Below, piece by piece: positions 25,898 to 42,329 of a stretch of DNA of 64,000 nucleotides. Location of the stretch: assembly GCA_021613535.1 (NCBI GenBank), contig CP075493.1, positions 10,416,001 to 10,480,000 on the forward strand, given 5' to 3'. The notes below the pieces were generated by a model. The model made no database searches and was not told the origin of the DNA. It worked only from the letters and a program-made list of their open reading frames with translations. Each line of letters opens with the position of its first letter. The first letter of the stretch is position 1. The position numbers and the translations under genes were made by a program. Source of the stretch: Adineta vaga (lineage: Eukaryota; Animalia; Rotifera).

Positions 25898-27362
25898 ATG
25901 GCAAGTAGCAATGAAACTTTTCCTCAAATAGCTTATCCTATTCGTATTATTATACCGATTATTTATACAATTATTATTGCTTTTGTATTAATTGGTAATA
26001 TTTTAAATTTCTATTCATTATGTGTTAGTACAGATCGATATGGACGAAAAAGTATTCATGTTTTAATTTGGAATTTAATTATCGAAGGAACATTATGGTC
26101 ATCAATATTCTATCTTGTAAAAATGGTTTCATTCGCAGATTTAGGTGAACATTTTGCTTTAAATAATGGTAAATGGTTGAATAATTCATGGTGCAAATCA
26201 GAAATGTATATATTACGTATAATGGATTTTCTTCTTGCTTATACAATTGTCTTTTTATGTCTTGATCGTTGTGTTAAACGTAAAAAATGTGGTTATGGTA
26301 TTCGTCGTTTTATTACAGGCATTTGTATATTAATATCTCTTTGGTTAGCTGTTTGTTATGCATTAATTCCCATCTTGTTTTTTAATCAACAATTAGAACC
26401 ACTTAATTATGGTTCATATGAATGTACATTCAATCAAACACAAATCAATGAATTACAATGGTTAGATTTACAAAATATACAATTACCAATAAAAACAATC
26501 TATTTATTAGATTTTATCTTTGGCAATGCTTTACCCATATTTCTAATGATTCTTTTATTATTTATTCGTTTTCTTGTACATCGAAAATCGAAATCACATA
26601 AATATGAAATAGATAGAAATACAGATTTAACTGAATTAGATATTAATACATATAAAAAATTTGATTTACGAACTTATGATGATGAACATCCAAATATGAT
26701 TAAAATGGTAAGTTGTTCGATTGAATGTTAAAAAGAAAAACTTTCATTGTTTTTTAAAATTTATTTAGGTTGTTCTATATGTTATTGTATTCATTGTATG
26801 TCAATTACCATATTACATCTATCGATTAGTTCGCATTTATCATCCATCAATTCAAGTGAATTTATCTTCACAAAATATTTTATATGCCATTGATATTCCT
26901 TTGATTACACTTCGTTTAATTAATCGTGCAATTAATCCATGGTTATCATTTTTTCTTATGCGTTCTATTCGTGATTCATCTCGAAAAGCATGTACATCAT
27001 TTTGGTGTTGTGGTTGCTTTCCTGGTTGTCCAAATCGTTGGTCTTGTTTACGTGATTGTTCGGTTTATGTTAGAAATGAATGGTATGATTTAACAGCAAA
27101 TCATCAATTAATTCGAGAAATTCGTCCAACAGGTAATACAATGAAAAAAGAATTTATTGATCCAACAGGCAAACGTATTCGACAAACTTATGAAGAATAT
27201 GTTCGACATTATCATCGACCACATACAACTTTTAGTGATGCCAATCCGGCATTATTATATGCTGGTAAAAATACTCCGATTGGTCATGACAATCTTGGTT
27301 ATCTACCAACTAGTACGAAATTACCACGTTCTCAAACGATGGAACCAAGTACAGAATTGTAA
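25898..27362 (+). CDS. Rhodopsin-like GPCR, 2 exons
   Basis: GN in TM1, LCLDRC, VFIVCQLPY (TM6), AINPWL (TM7), intron 26708-26768, and a C-terminal STEL resembling a PDZ ligand. Confidence 0.88.
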
Positions 27363-27604
27363 ATAGAAATGCTTGATTTATCCAAAAATACCTAGTACTG
27401 CTTATTGTATACGTAGAATAGAATGATTTTCTTATTTTACAAATAAAACTATTCATCTGTAGGGTTTTGTTTCTTAGACAAGAAATAATTTATCAAATAC
27501 ACATGTACAAATTAAAAAACGAAAGGTATACAAAAAGAAAAGCTGAGAAGAAAAAGATATCATTGCAATCAAAGAAAACGATACTCTCACTGTAAATTCG
27601 ATTG

Positions 27605-30600
27605 CTAAGAAATATTGATTTGACGTCGAAAATAGAGTGCTATATCCGATATATGTGGACGTTTATTTCCATCAATATGCCAACATTCACATAAAAGATC
27701 GTAGATTTCTTTTGGACATTCGGATGGTTGTGATAAACGAAATATTGATACATTCGGATTTTCAATTTTATATGAAGATTGACGCATGACTAAATATTGA
27801 TAAAGATCTTCATTAGTAAGAGATGCATGAGGTAAAGTTAAACATCGAGACCAAAATTCCCATAAAGTAATAGCAAATGAATAAATATCCGATTTTATTG
27901 TTGTATTATTCTGAAAAGAGAACAAGTGAGTACAAAATTGAAAGATTTATTTGAAGAATATTACTGTTAATGCTTCTGGTGCAATCCATCTCAAAGGAAT
28001 TTTATCACCATTCGTACATATCCAATATTCTTTTTCATATTGTGATAGAGCAATTGCACAATCAGTTAATTTTATTGAATAATCAGGAAAAAATAGACAA
28101 TTTCTTGCTGCAATATCATTATGAATGATATTTAAACTGGATAAATATTCTAATGCATTGGATAATTGATGAGAAAAATAAATATTTTTTCTAAAAAACA
28201 AATTTCATTCAAAGAAAACTATTCGATATTAATCTCTTACTTTTGAAAAGTTGTATCATTGACTTGTGTACGAAAATAATTTTGTAATGTACCAAAATCT
28301 GAATGTTCTTGAATTAGACAAAGTAAATCAAGTTGAACGGCACATATACAAGCAATATTATGATGATTTAAACGAGTAAGAATTGTCAATTCGGACAAGA
28401 ATTTTTGTCTAAAAGTTAAATTTTTATAAACATTTTTAAAAGAAGAATTTCATTCGTACCTTGTTGATTCAAGGCAATGCTTTTTTATTATTTTTATTAG
28501 AGCAGGTCTTGATTCATATTTACCAAGAATAATCTCTCCATATTTCGATTCAGATATTTTACATAATGTATATAATTTCGATTCATCAACAAAAGGTGGA
28601 AGTGAATCATAAGATTTCGATGGAATACTTTCTCGTAATGCAATACAATTAAATAATGTTACTAATTTCGATGGAACTTGACCAATATCCAATGATGCAT
28701 AATGAAATGTCTAAAATGTGAACAAAGATTTTGTAATCGAATGAATTTTTTTTCTTCTCAATTCATGTTTTACATTATTTGTTGGTAAATGTGTGTATGT
28801 ATTACCATCAATAATAGCATATTGTTCATTTTTAAATAGAGATGATGGTGAACCTGGATTTAGTAATGTTGATGTAGATGTTATAGGATAGAGATAAGAT
28901 TCCACAGGTGAAAGATCATCATAATTATTCTTTCTTGAATGTTGATTGGGATCTTTGACAACGGTTGAATCATTTGTTGAATTAAGCAATTGAGAACATT
29001 TATAATATAGATTTGATTTCTTTCGTAAACAACGATGACGAATACGAAGTATGAGTAAAATAAATAAAAGTAGAAAACAAACCGATAAAATTAAAATGAT
29101 TGTCATTGTTAATGATTCTAATGTATAGATTGATGAAGATGGCGATGAAGATGTTATTAAGGTAAGATTATTATGTGATACTAGACATGCTAAATAAAGA
29201 CAAAAGATTGATGATGTAACAATATTAATCAATTACGAAAGAACTTTGTATGACAGAAGTAGAAAAGGTTAAAAGCATTTCTTATCGTAAGATGATCAAT
29301 TGATAAAGAGAAATATTCGATTCAATCCTGTTTCTATCAAGGATGAATGCTTATCTTCTGACACTTACTTGTTTCACATGTTGTGGTCATAGTATTTGTT
29401 TGAATAATTGTTGTTGGTTCATTATCAATTTTAATTTCTGTTAGAAAGAGAAATTCATTATCGAATTCAAATAAAATTTCCAGATGTTTGCCAATAATTA
29501 TTGTTCCATCATCTTCAAAATCGATGGTATCAACAAAAACAGTTGAAACAGATGTTGTAATAAATGTTGGTCTATGTACAATTGGTTGATTGTCATCAAA
29601 TTTCATTTCAATAGAACGATATTTATTATTCATTGAATAGATTCGAATATTTTTAAATTGTCGATATGTATCAAAATTAAAATCAATCATTACAGGTGAT
29701 TTATTCCAAGCAAGCCACGTACTATCATCACTACCAATAATACCATCAATTAATTTACCTAATCCACCTAAATAAATGAAATAAAGAAAAAAAATTCATG
29801 CTAATAGGAAAACATAGTTATGAATCGTACCATCGTATATATCATCTTGATCTATACTTGGTGAAGTTGTATATGATATAACTCCACCTTGAAGAAAGAA
29901 ATAAACAATAAATGACAGAAGAGTTTAGATTAATTGTTTTACCATGAAATGGACATCCATATAGTTCAACACGCATACAAACAGTTCGCCAGCGTGGACT
30001 ATATGGTATGATGCGAATACGTGTTGCTATGATTGCAGGAGATAAAAGACGTTTTTCTGCAGAATAAGTATTCATATTTCCTTTGAGAACCTATTGTACA
30101 AAGAGAAATCCGTAATACTTCATTGTTGAGCAAAAAAAAGTAATAATAATCATGTTCATACAGTTTTATTAGTTTTTTTCTCGTAATAATTAATCCAATG
30201 AGATGAATTGTTCTCGCGTTGATATTGAACTTGATAATACTCGGCAAATTCATTTCCTTGTCCATTGTCAAAACGACCTTGAGTTTCAATAGTATTGATA
30301 AAAAAGAGTTTATGTAATTCGATTTGGATATATTCATAAGATTTCGGTCCAATAGGTTTATCTGGACACCAAGCTCCTCCTTCTAATTCAGTACGTATCC
30401 TATTTCAAATAAAATAAATGTTATATCAACTTGATCAAGTGTCATATTTGATCGATCGATCTTTTTCGTGTTCAATTTTTTTTTATTAAAAATGAAAAAT
30501 CGATGATTTTACCTTGCCATTTGAGGGCCAACACTGCTCATATCATGTGTTGAACTAGAGGTCAAATCACTATCAGTAATCAAGCCTGACTCCATACCTA

Positions 30601-30749
30601 ATGGTGCACTACATTGTTCTAGAAACCAGACAGAAAATTCGACATTTTTATATCGAAGATATGTATACAAACTTACCATATTCTGACAAGATCAAATTCG
30701 ATGAAACATTACTAATTATTAGAATAAATACGAGATAGATGAGAGACAT
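27605..30749 (-). CDS. DDR: Discoidin domain receptor-like receptor tyrosine kinase with divergent kinase motifs
   Basis: Signal peptide, discoidin domain (CSAPLGMESG, GGAWCP, ETQGRF, CMRVELYGC), TM helix, and kinase IIHNDIAARNC, IPLRWIAPE, SDIYSFAITLWE. Confidence 0.88.
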
Positions 30750-31549
30750 ATTTTATATCTAAAATAGGTTATTTTAATGAATTCTCAGAAGTCGAACTAT
30801 TCACACGTCTAACAATTGATACAAGACAAAATATCAACTGAATAAAATAAATCAGAAGTACACTTAAATACTCATCAATGCAAAACGTATGGATGTGCTT
30901 AATGATTATGTAAACAAATAGTGTGGGTTAAGTTGTCTGATACATTGAGTTGAATAGGAATGAATAAAACTTGCAGCTATTTACATACACACACACATAT
31001 ATAAAGAAACAGATCTGATCTTCATGATGTAATCTCATAAATCTTCCTCATATACTTATGTTCCATGCTGGTCAAAGAGAGTGAGACTGAACAGAAAAAA
31101 AAATCTTTTTTTTTTATACTGTATCAGAAGCGAAAGAAACAGAGAGACAGAGAGGGAGAAATTCTGTCGTTTCTCCTCCCTTCATCGATAACGAGGGAGA
31201 AAGAACAAGGCGTTTGCAATATTTTTTATCTTCTTTCTTTCTCTAGTTCGTTATTCTTTACACATATTTATTAATTTGTACCTTATTTCTCTTTCTCTCT
31301 GACAGACACATGAAGGGCTTCTTTGTTCAAGTGTATGATAGGATCGCTTACGTAAAAAATACACTTAAATTCGTTCGTATACCACTACTACTACTAGTGA
31401 TCAACTAAAGAAAGGGAGAGAATAAACGTGTGTTCATTCGTAACATAGAAGAGCATTTCTTCATCCGTCACATCCTACTATTGATATCCATCAAGATGTC
31501 AATGTTTCGATCTAATCAAATCATCAGGTGTGAACAACAAACAGTTGGT

Positions 31550-31582
31550 AAAGAAGAAAGAAAGAAAGAAAGAAAGAAAAAA
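31550..31582. repeat. (GAAA)n microsatellite
   Basis: aagaaagaaagaaagaaagaaagaaa is visible directly. Confidence 0.8.
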
Positions 31583-31955
31583 GAACATGATTACTATTCT
31601 GATTGAGAACGAGTATGCACTTGTCTAAATGAACTATTCGACAAGTTGTTCAATTTAAACACGCACATCACATCTAAGTCAACTGAACGGAAAAAAAAGC
31701 TAATCGACATTCTTCTATAAACACATCGATATGAAATCAAAATGATGCAATGCATAGCACACATCAAATAAGTGCGCGCTATTGAAAAATAATTATCGGT
31801 AGTAGCTAGGCATGTCATTTGTTAACATAGACATGACGGCCTCCAAAAGGTATCAAATGTGTTCGTAGCTGGAAGTTCAAATGTAATTGGCTTGTGCCTA
31901 CTTTTAGCTACTAATATATCTCATATTACAGAATAAACATCATAATTCCTCTTTT

Positions 31956-31977
31956 AACGAACGAACGAACGAACGAA
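31956..31977. repeat. (AACG)n microsatellite
   Basis: aacgaacgaacgaacgaacgaa. Confidence 0.8.
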
Positions 31978-33915
31978 AGAGATTGAGTATCTCTTTGTCT
32001 TTGATCCTCATCCTATGACAATGATTCAAGGTCAAAAAAGAAATCTAGTTCAGACATAAACATAGCTCTTGTTTAACGAAATGAAATTAAACTATCTATT
32101 ACTCTATGCTACTTGATCATTCGATTATTCTTGTAGACAAAAAAAGTATCAATCACTAATTTTATCATAATACTTACGTTCGAATTGAAGAAAAAAGTGA
32201 ATTATGTTATATTACCAATAAGTATGAGTGTTAAGAGGATTCTCTCTTTCTTTTCTATTCGGTTGAGTACATATATATATATATATAATATGAAAAAAAT
32301 CTTTTCAACCTTGAATGAACGGTCGGAACGGAAAGAAAGACGAGATCATTAGTAGACATAATCATCGAAGAAGAACGTTCACATTTAGTAATAGTAGTGG
32401 CAGTAGAAACTTTTTATTAGTTCTTTCGTTCATATATATATATATATATATATGTGTGTGTCTCTGTCGGGTGGTATCGTTTGTCCTACTCAATGACTAC
32501 AATTAGATATGAGTAGGCCGTCTTATTCATATGTTTAGTCTGCCATTATTTCTGCTGATCTTTATCGATTCATAATGTGATCATCAAGAGTGTATGTATA
32601 TACCTATTGTGGTAAAATTAGTTGATATTCAAGATGAAATTGATCGTATGTATACACGTTATGAGAGAGAGAGAGGGAGAAATCATATAGAGGAAAAGAA
32701 ACAACGAAAATTGAGTCATGTCTGGACAATTATAATAATACTAATCATATTGTGTGCATATATGAACGGAGATTAAATCAAATTTGCTGTCGTCCTATTA
32801 TCGTAATATAGAAGAAGAATAACATACATGCACAATATTCCCAATTCTATTAATGGATTTGTTTATAATGAAATAAAGGAATTTATTATTACAAATAAAG
32901 GCAGAGAATATATTGTAATCATTTACAAAAGATACGATTAAACAATTCGTATATCTGATGGATCATGTCAATCAATGATTCATTCTAATTTTTATGGTTC
33001 TACATATATATATATAGATGTACGATCTTCATTAGTTACAGTGTCGAAGTAGACACTGAGTGAGATGAAAATGTCTTGGACACAGTGGGAGACGAGTGAT
33101 TTTTTTAATCATATTTGAATTAGAGAACATACTATAGGAAGATAGACGAACGAGCATTCTTTTCTTTCTCGACAAGAGAGAATAAAAGAAGTTTGTTTGA
33201 TTGGAAAATACATATATTGACTCTAGACGTGATTGTAATGAACAAATCTCAAAGAATTGAATAATGAAAGTGTACTTATAACACTTTACTCAATCAATAA
33301 TTACAACATAAAAGGAAGAGAAAAAACTCTTTTAGATTAAACAATGATATACAAAAAAATTCAATCTTAATTGTGTGGACATATCGTGGCAATTGTATTG
33401 AAACAATCAGGTGTTTTACACTAGTAGGTAATATTTATTATTGAATGTAAAAAACAAAAGTAAAAGGAAATTCTACGATGGTAAACTAATACTAAGTGAC
33501 GTAAAGTGAGTATCCTCATTCAATTTCACTGCATCTACATAACATGATTGTGTTAAACTATCGTTTCTGTCACGCATATCTCGAAAATGTAGTAACATTA
33601 TAGAAGAACATGATCTATATCGATACAAATTTACATTACAACATAATGGTTGACTGAAGTCAACTAAAAACTCTATGCCCTTTGCATGTGAAACAACAGT
33701 AATGAATTTTTGATGAGATGAACCGAAATGATTGTAATAACGATCTTGAGGGTGTTACGAAAGCTTAAAGTTTCAACCGTTTTGCTACGCTGTTCATTTT
33801 ACTATTTATGATACATTTTATTTTGCAGTTATTATAGTAATGATAGTTCTGCAAGAAAAATTTAAGCATGGGCTTGTTTAAAACAAGTTTGAATATGTAC
33901 AAATGAAAAATCTAC

Positions 33916-35490
33916 TTAAGACAATATTTTCGCATTGCCATAAACAAATTTCACTCGACTTTTTAACTCTTCATCGAGTTCGATATGTTGATTTGGTTGA
34001 AAATAAATTAATATTTCTTGTAATTGATTTTCTCCTTTGATTGAATATGACAAATCATAGGTACTAGCTACCAATAGATCATAATCAATTACAAGTCGCG
34101 AGAGATTCGGTAAAAACTTAAGTAGACGTTTGACATTGGAGATAATCTTGATTATTTACAATAATCAAAGTATGAACCGTTAATAATTTGGGATCATCAT
34201 CTTTCCAATCAGAATTATCGTTGAGATGAAAACTAGAACCAATTTCTAAGATTTGAAGATTAATAAAAACCGATTTCAAGATTTGAAAATATCGTTTTGT
34301 AAATACAGATTTTTGTTTATCATTAAGAAATATTCGTTTAATTCGCGGCATTTTCAATGCATTATACGGATTATTTAATCGATAATTAATAAATTCATTT
34401 GTTAATGAACAATTAAAACTTCGACAATCAAAGGGCGGTGAAACGATTGTACATGTTTGATAGAATGAATTCGTAAAAAACATTACCAATTGATCCGGTG
34501 ACCAAAGAGATGTTTGAAATGATGATAGTAAAACATCTGTGTCGACAATTGAATCACCAAGTGAATGACAGAAGAAATAGAAATAAAATTGTTTTAAAAA
34601 TCTTTTCCATGGTTCTAACATTTGTCCATCAATAATATAATCAATTTTTAAATGTAATTTTAAGATTTCTAATGTTGTTTGACATTGTTGAATTAAAATA
34701 TCTAAATCAGTAAAATCAATATCATTTCCAGAAATAATCAATTGTTGTAGTTTTAATGATAGTTGTTTTGTTTTAGAATAATTATAATCATATCTACCTG
34801 CTTTACCTAGAGAATGTAGTTAGAAATAGATATTCTGTGATCATCAATATCTTCATTTACCTTCACGAATGCCAATATTCAGATATTCTAATTGTGGTAA
34901 ATATTCTAATAAGATAAATAAATGATGTTGATATTCAACAGATAATATTAGACGTTTCAATGTGTAACAAATTTGAAAAGATTCACCAGAAATTGATAAA
35001 CATACGCCATCAATCGCAGAGAATGAAGTACTGTTGACGAATCGTTCGTGATAAATTCATTTAAAATTTCATGATCTATTTTTGAAAATAATGTTGCATT
35101 TTGATAATCAATTGTTAATGAAGAGATATTTTTCTTAAATATTGGTAAAAAATGTTTGTAATGTTCATTTTGTAAGAGAATTTTTAAATATATTGTATGA
35201 AGTTGTGTAAAATAAGCTGAAATATCATTAGGAGCATCAAAGATCCACTCAAGTTGTACATCATTGAATTTTAATGTTTTAATTAATGATGGAATTAATT
35301 GAAAATTTTGTGTACCCCAAAGTTGAACATTATTATTTGTTGTCGACAAATTTAATCGTTCGATGTACGGAATACATAAAGAATAAAATCTTTGATTTAG
35401 ATCCAGAAAACTATAAATTATATCATCAGAATGAAGGAAAGATAATACATAATCTAATAATTCATTTGGTAAGGTTTCTAAAGTAAGCAT
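33916..35490 (-). pseudogene. F-box/LRR gene with two apparent frameshifts
   Basis: F-box MLTLETLPNELLDYVLSFL..FLDLNQRF. The LRR reading continues only after frame changes near 35014 (IDGVCLSI..LKRLILSV..LPQLEYLNI) and near 34138 (VKRLLKFLPNLSRLVID). Confidence 0.7.
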
Positions 35491-36095
35491 CAATGTATTT
35501 GATATTTTAGATCTAAAAATCAAATACAAGTCATGATCAACATATTTCAAAAGTGAACGAAAAACTCTATGAAAAGTGTCAATCTGTTGTATAGAACTAG
35601 AAGAAAATATGTACTATGAAACATACTAACAGTTCTAGAAATAAATCGAAGCATAGAATATTATTCATCATAAAAACAACGTCATATCTTCTTTTTCTTC
35701 CTTCATCGACTATCTCTCATTATCCATATAGTTGGAGTCATACTACGCAATCGTCATATTACGGACAAGAAAAAAACGAGACAAGAGAAGCGAGAAAATT
35801 GTTCTTTTCCGTATTTGTCGTTATAGTTTCAATAGTTACACCGAATTTTCGTAAAATTCCTTTTTCTGGTGTAAGATTTTCATTTAATTATTTATATATT
35901 CCAATTAAAAAGGTTTAGATGTAAAATCTGCATGATGAATATCTTTCGTTCTTCAAATCAAATAAATAGTACATAGTACATATGATCTCTTTCTTTTCTC
36001 TATGCACGTGTGCCGAAGAATATGATATTTTCTTAATGAAAAAAACAGACTTCTATTAACAAAACTTTGTGTTAGACAGTAGCAAACACTAAATC

Positions 36096-38135
36096 ATGGC
36101 AAATTGTGAAGAAGATTCATGCTCAAATTTTCAGTCTGTTATATGTCTTCATTGTATGCGACGCATATGTATCGATCATTTGGATATACATCGACAGTCT
36201 CTTTCGAACAAAATCGAAGAATTCAAAGATGAATTTAATCACATACATACTGTTTTAGTCAATGCATCGATTACTGTAGCAGAGGAACGCACGAATAATG
36301 AAAACAAATGGAACAATTGGCGTTTAGAAAAGATTGCTGATATTGAACGTGAATACAATCAAATGATTGATTCAATTCGAAATCGACAAAAATTGCTAGA
36401 AGAACTTGAATTAGGATTAAAACAACGATTAAAAGATGAAATACAACAACCATTGGAAGAAATGTTATTGAGAAAGAGTGTTAATCTTCCATTACTTGAT
36501 ACAATTCAATTAACCATTCAAACGATTAAAAAAGAAAGTGAATCTCTCAGTTGGAACAGTGAACAGTAAATTGTATTCTTTCTTCTGACAGATAGATTTT
36601 ATGAAATAAAGCTTATTTAGTATGAATACTGTTGGTGAAAATAAGATGAATCAGCAACGTACGTATTTTATATTAATTTATATTTTTAAGATGATTCGAA
36701 TTAAATAGATCATTCTATTGTTATTCTAGAAGCGCTAACAGAAGAAAAGTCCAATGAAACTATTACTACTCCGACGAAAGTCAAAGCATGGAAACCACGT
36801 AATAGTTTATTCTCTCTATTTCTTGATGTTAGTCCAAGCAGCGTTACTAACATCAATGAGTATATTCAGGTTAAAAAATGATATCTATTCTTCAATATAT
36901 TTCTTACATCTTGAGTACTTTTAGACTAGTATGAAAGATGAAAATGCAATGGAGCAATATGGTCTTATCACATTAGTATACTCATATCTTCTGACATGGC
37001 ATCAATCAAAATCATATGAAGATCAAGCTACAGAATTAATTTTGAATAAACATATATTAACTATAAAACAATATATCACAGGAAAAGAATGTGAACGAAA
37101 AGTTCTCATTGCTATGCAATTCTTTGATTATCAACTCAAATATAACGATTCTTCCAATCGTAAGTAAGAAATCTATTTGTTTTCTAAAATATCCTATCTA
37201 ACAATTTTAGTTGAACTGATGACTATGTTATTACATTTATTTTTGCAACATCAATGTATTTCTACAGCTGAAATGATCGATTGGTATGAGAAGGAAACAT
37301 TTGCTGATCAAATTCTTGAGAAAAAAATAGAGAAAAAATGGGCAGAACCATTTCTTAATCAATATGGATACCGAATTGAATCTACAGGTAGACTATATCT
37401 TTCAAAATCGATGAACAGTTAAGTGAATTAATTTGATATTATTTTATCTTATTGAAGCTTCTGAAGAACTAACATGTACAAGTTCAGTGCCATCGATAAA
37501 TCCTCAGGAAAAAATCAGTCAACCCACTTCCAAAACTTGTGAACATGTTTCTATTCATAAACCATTTAAAAGTTTAGTTAAATTCTTCAAAGATATATCG
37601 CATATAAATGATTTTGTTATCCATGCGTATATTGAAGTAAGCTATTTTAGTTTGAGTGATATCAATATATATATATATGCAGATTATTTTATTTTTTAGC
37701 ATCAATATACAAAGAATATCACTCATCGAGTAATTATGATTGTTCGAAGTTATCTAAAAGCTTGGATTGATGTTTCTTCAAAATTAGAAACAAATTTTCT
37801 ATTGCATAAAATTTCAGTTATTCGATACTACAACTCTGATCGGAATTTTCAGATGCAACTTTTATTTGCTATTGAAGTATTTCTTTCCGAAAGTAAAAAG
37901 AATGAAAAATGGTCAAGTAAGTTGTAAACGAATTTTATGTTGATTTATATTCATTTTATTCTATTTAGTAAATGTGACATCGATATTATTTCAATTCTTT
38001 TTCAGTCAAAATTGTCTTGATCGAAAAACAATTCTCAAATGGTATGATAATGGTCATATTTACAATGAAATTTATTATCAAGAAACAAAAGCTTTTGCTC
38101 GATCGTTTATTGAAGGACTAAACGGATCGATTTGA
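36096..38135 (+). CDS. Cys/His (B-box-like) zinc finger + coiled coil + two W2-like helical repeats
   Basis: C-x4-C..CLHC..ICIDH..H, then a coiled coil, then repeats ending EMIDWYEK..WAEPFLN and ILKWYDN..FARSFIEGL. Consistent GT-AG exons run to TGA at 38133-38135. Confidence 0.65.
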
Positions 38136-38794
38136 GTCATTCTTATATAACAGAACATAAGCAAGATTTTCTTTTTCAAAAAATAAAATCTGAAGTTGTT
38201 AAGCATTGTTATTTCAGAATATAACAAGAAAACATAACGATAATAATAGCAGACATTCAGATAAGTTTGAGAAGGATTTCTTCTAGCCTCATAATATCAT
38301 TATAGATCAGAGAGTTCGTCATTGTATAATGAAAAATAAAATACGAAACATCATGATATATCGTACGGTGAGAATAATATAATTCAACATCAGTTTTGTA
38401 AGACTATCTAAATAGAAAAGCGGATGTCAGTGGCAAGAATATTAGTAGAAACAAGTTTAATATTTCTTTTTTTCGTTTATTAAAGAAAAGTTCTTATAAA
38501 ATAAGAGATAAATGTCACACTAAACTAATTTCTCGTCGATGATGATTGTCTTTTGATAGAAGAATTTCATCACTGTACAATGATAGTAACAGGTTTAGTA
38601 GTGATAGTTTATGCTACTATAATTCAGATTGTAATTTATCATGCATGAGAAAATGATCTTCTTTTTAATTTTTGACATTATCGACGTGTAATTCTTAATC
38701 TAAATTAAAGAAATACATGAGGTGATTCTCTGTAATCAATTATACTCACTTTACTAATCTTACGGGGACATAAACTAGATTTTCATTCTCCGAT

Positions 38795-39613
38795 ATGGTT
38801 TATATCGTTGGTATATGTGGAGCTATTTTGAATATTCATACTTTTCTTGAAAAACAAATCCGAAAAAATTCATGTGCAATTTATTTCTTATCAACTTTCA
38901 TTGTAGATTTTTGTATTCTAAATGTCTTTGTTTTGATAAACATCATAGTAACATTCCGTACATCACTTGCTGATCTTATCTTTTCGACGAGAATTAGCTG
39001 TAAATTTTGAAATTATTTAATGTTTATACTACCTTCTTTATCATCGACTTATTTACTATTATCATCGTTTATGTATCAGTTCACGTAATCAATTAGTACG
39101 AAAATTGAGTCATGTTAAAAGAAATCGTCTTCTAGCTGGAATAGTTCTTATGATATGAGCATTATTTGGATAACACGTTATCGTTGGTTATGATCAAATT
39201 GAAAATCCTTGGCTAAAGACAAGTAGCTTTACAGTTCAGTCACACCTACTAATTCCATTTCTATTATCTCTATTTGGTTTTATGATTCATCTTAATGTAA
39301 AACAAAGTCGGCAACGTGTTAATCTTCAAAATAATAATAATATCAATCAACAAAATATTCACATGATAAAAATGTTACTTGTTCAAGTTATCACTACAAT
39401 TATTTTGCATATACCCGCATACAATCATTTCTCTTTATAGTATTTTTTATGAAGCAGCAACTAATTTATATTCTCTACTTTTTTACATTCTTTTTTAATA
39501 ATATTGGAAGCTGGATGTATTTTATGAACTACTGTAAAACATTTTATCTGAACACATTGACAAGTAAACTATTTCGAGCTAGTTTACATCGACAATGGCT
39601 GAAAATTGTTTAA
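38795..39613 (+). pseudogene. Degenerate class A GPCR pseudogene
   Basis: GICGAILNI..RKNSCAIYFL..SCKF is followed by in-frame TGA (39008-39010), further stops and frameshifts. Later fragments MIKMLLVQV and NTLTSKLFRASL remain recognisable. Confidence 0.8.
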
Positions 39614-39860
39614 TCAAACTAAGATTATAGAGATATCCTGCTTTTCCGGACTGTTTATCAGACAAGTGAATATACACAGAATGACCATTTATTTATGAAA
39701 ACAAAATAAAGGGTACTAAACACAAAATATATAACTAAATTCTTTTTCTTTTGGAAATACACAAAAAAAAAGAAGAAGAACGGAAAGTATATACAATTAA
39801 AAATGATCTCAATAAACAATGAAAATTACACAAAATAAAATGTAAATGAATGAAATCATT

Positions 39861-41953
<2,093 letters not shown>

Positions 41954-42329
41954 TATGTACACCGGTTATTCACACATCTGAAATGTATATGTATGACATA
42001 GTCAATAAATGAAAATTTTATTCCTAATTATGATTTGTTTAACGAATGTTAATGAAGTATGTGGAAATAAACAAAACAACAACTTGAATTTAATAATTAA
42101 ATAAATGAACAATTTAAAATTTTCCCCACAGTTTCGAGTCTTTTTTTCTCATTCTGTTGATTTAGAACTAACGATAACGATGTTAAACCAGATTTTTTCT
42201 ACATAACTATTTGCGTGTAAAAATCCTATTACTATCAAAATTAAAACAAATATCATGTAGAAAAATAGTTCCGTGTTCCGTGTCTCTAGAGAACACATAG
42301 CAGCTTCATCCCATTAATGACTATTAGCT

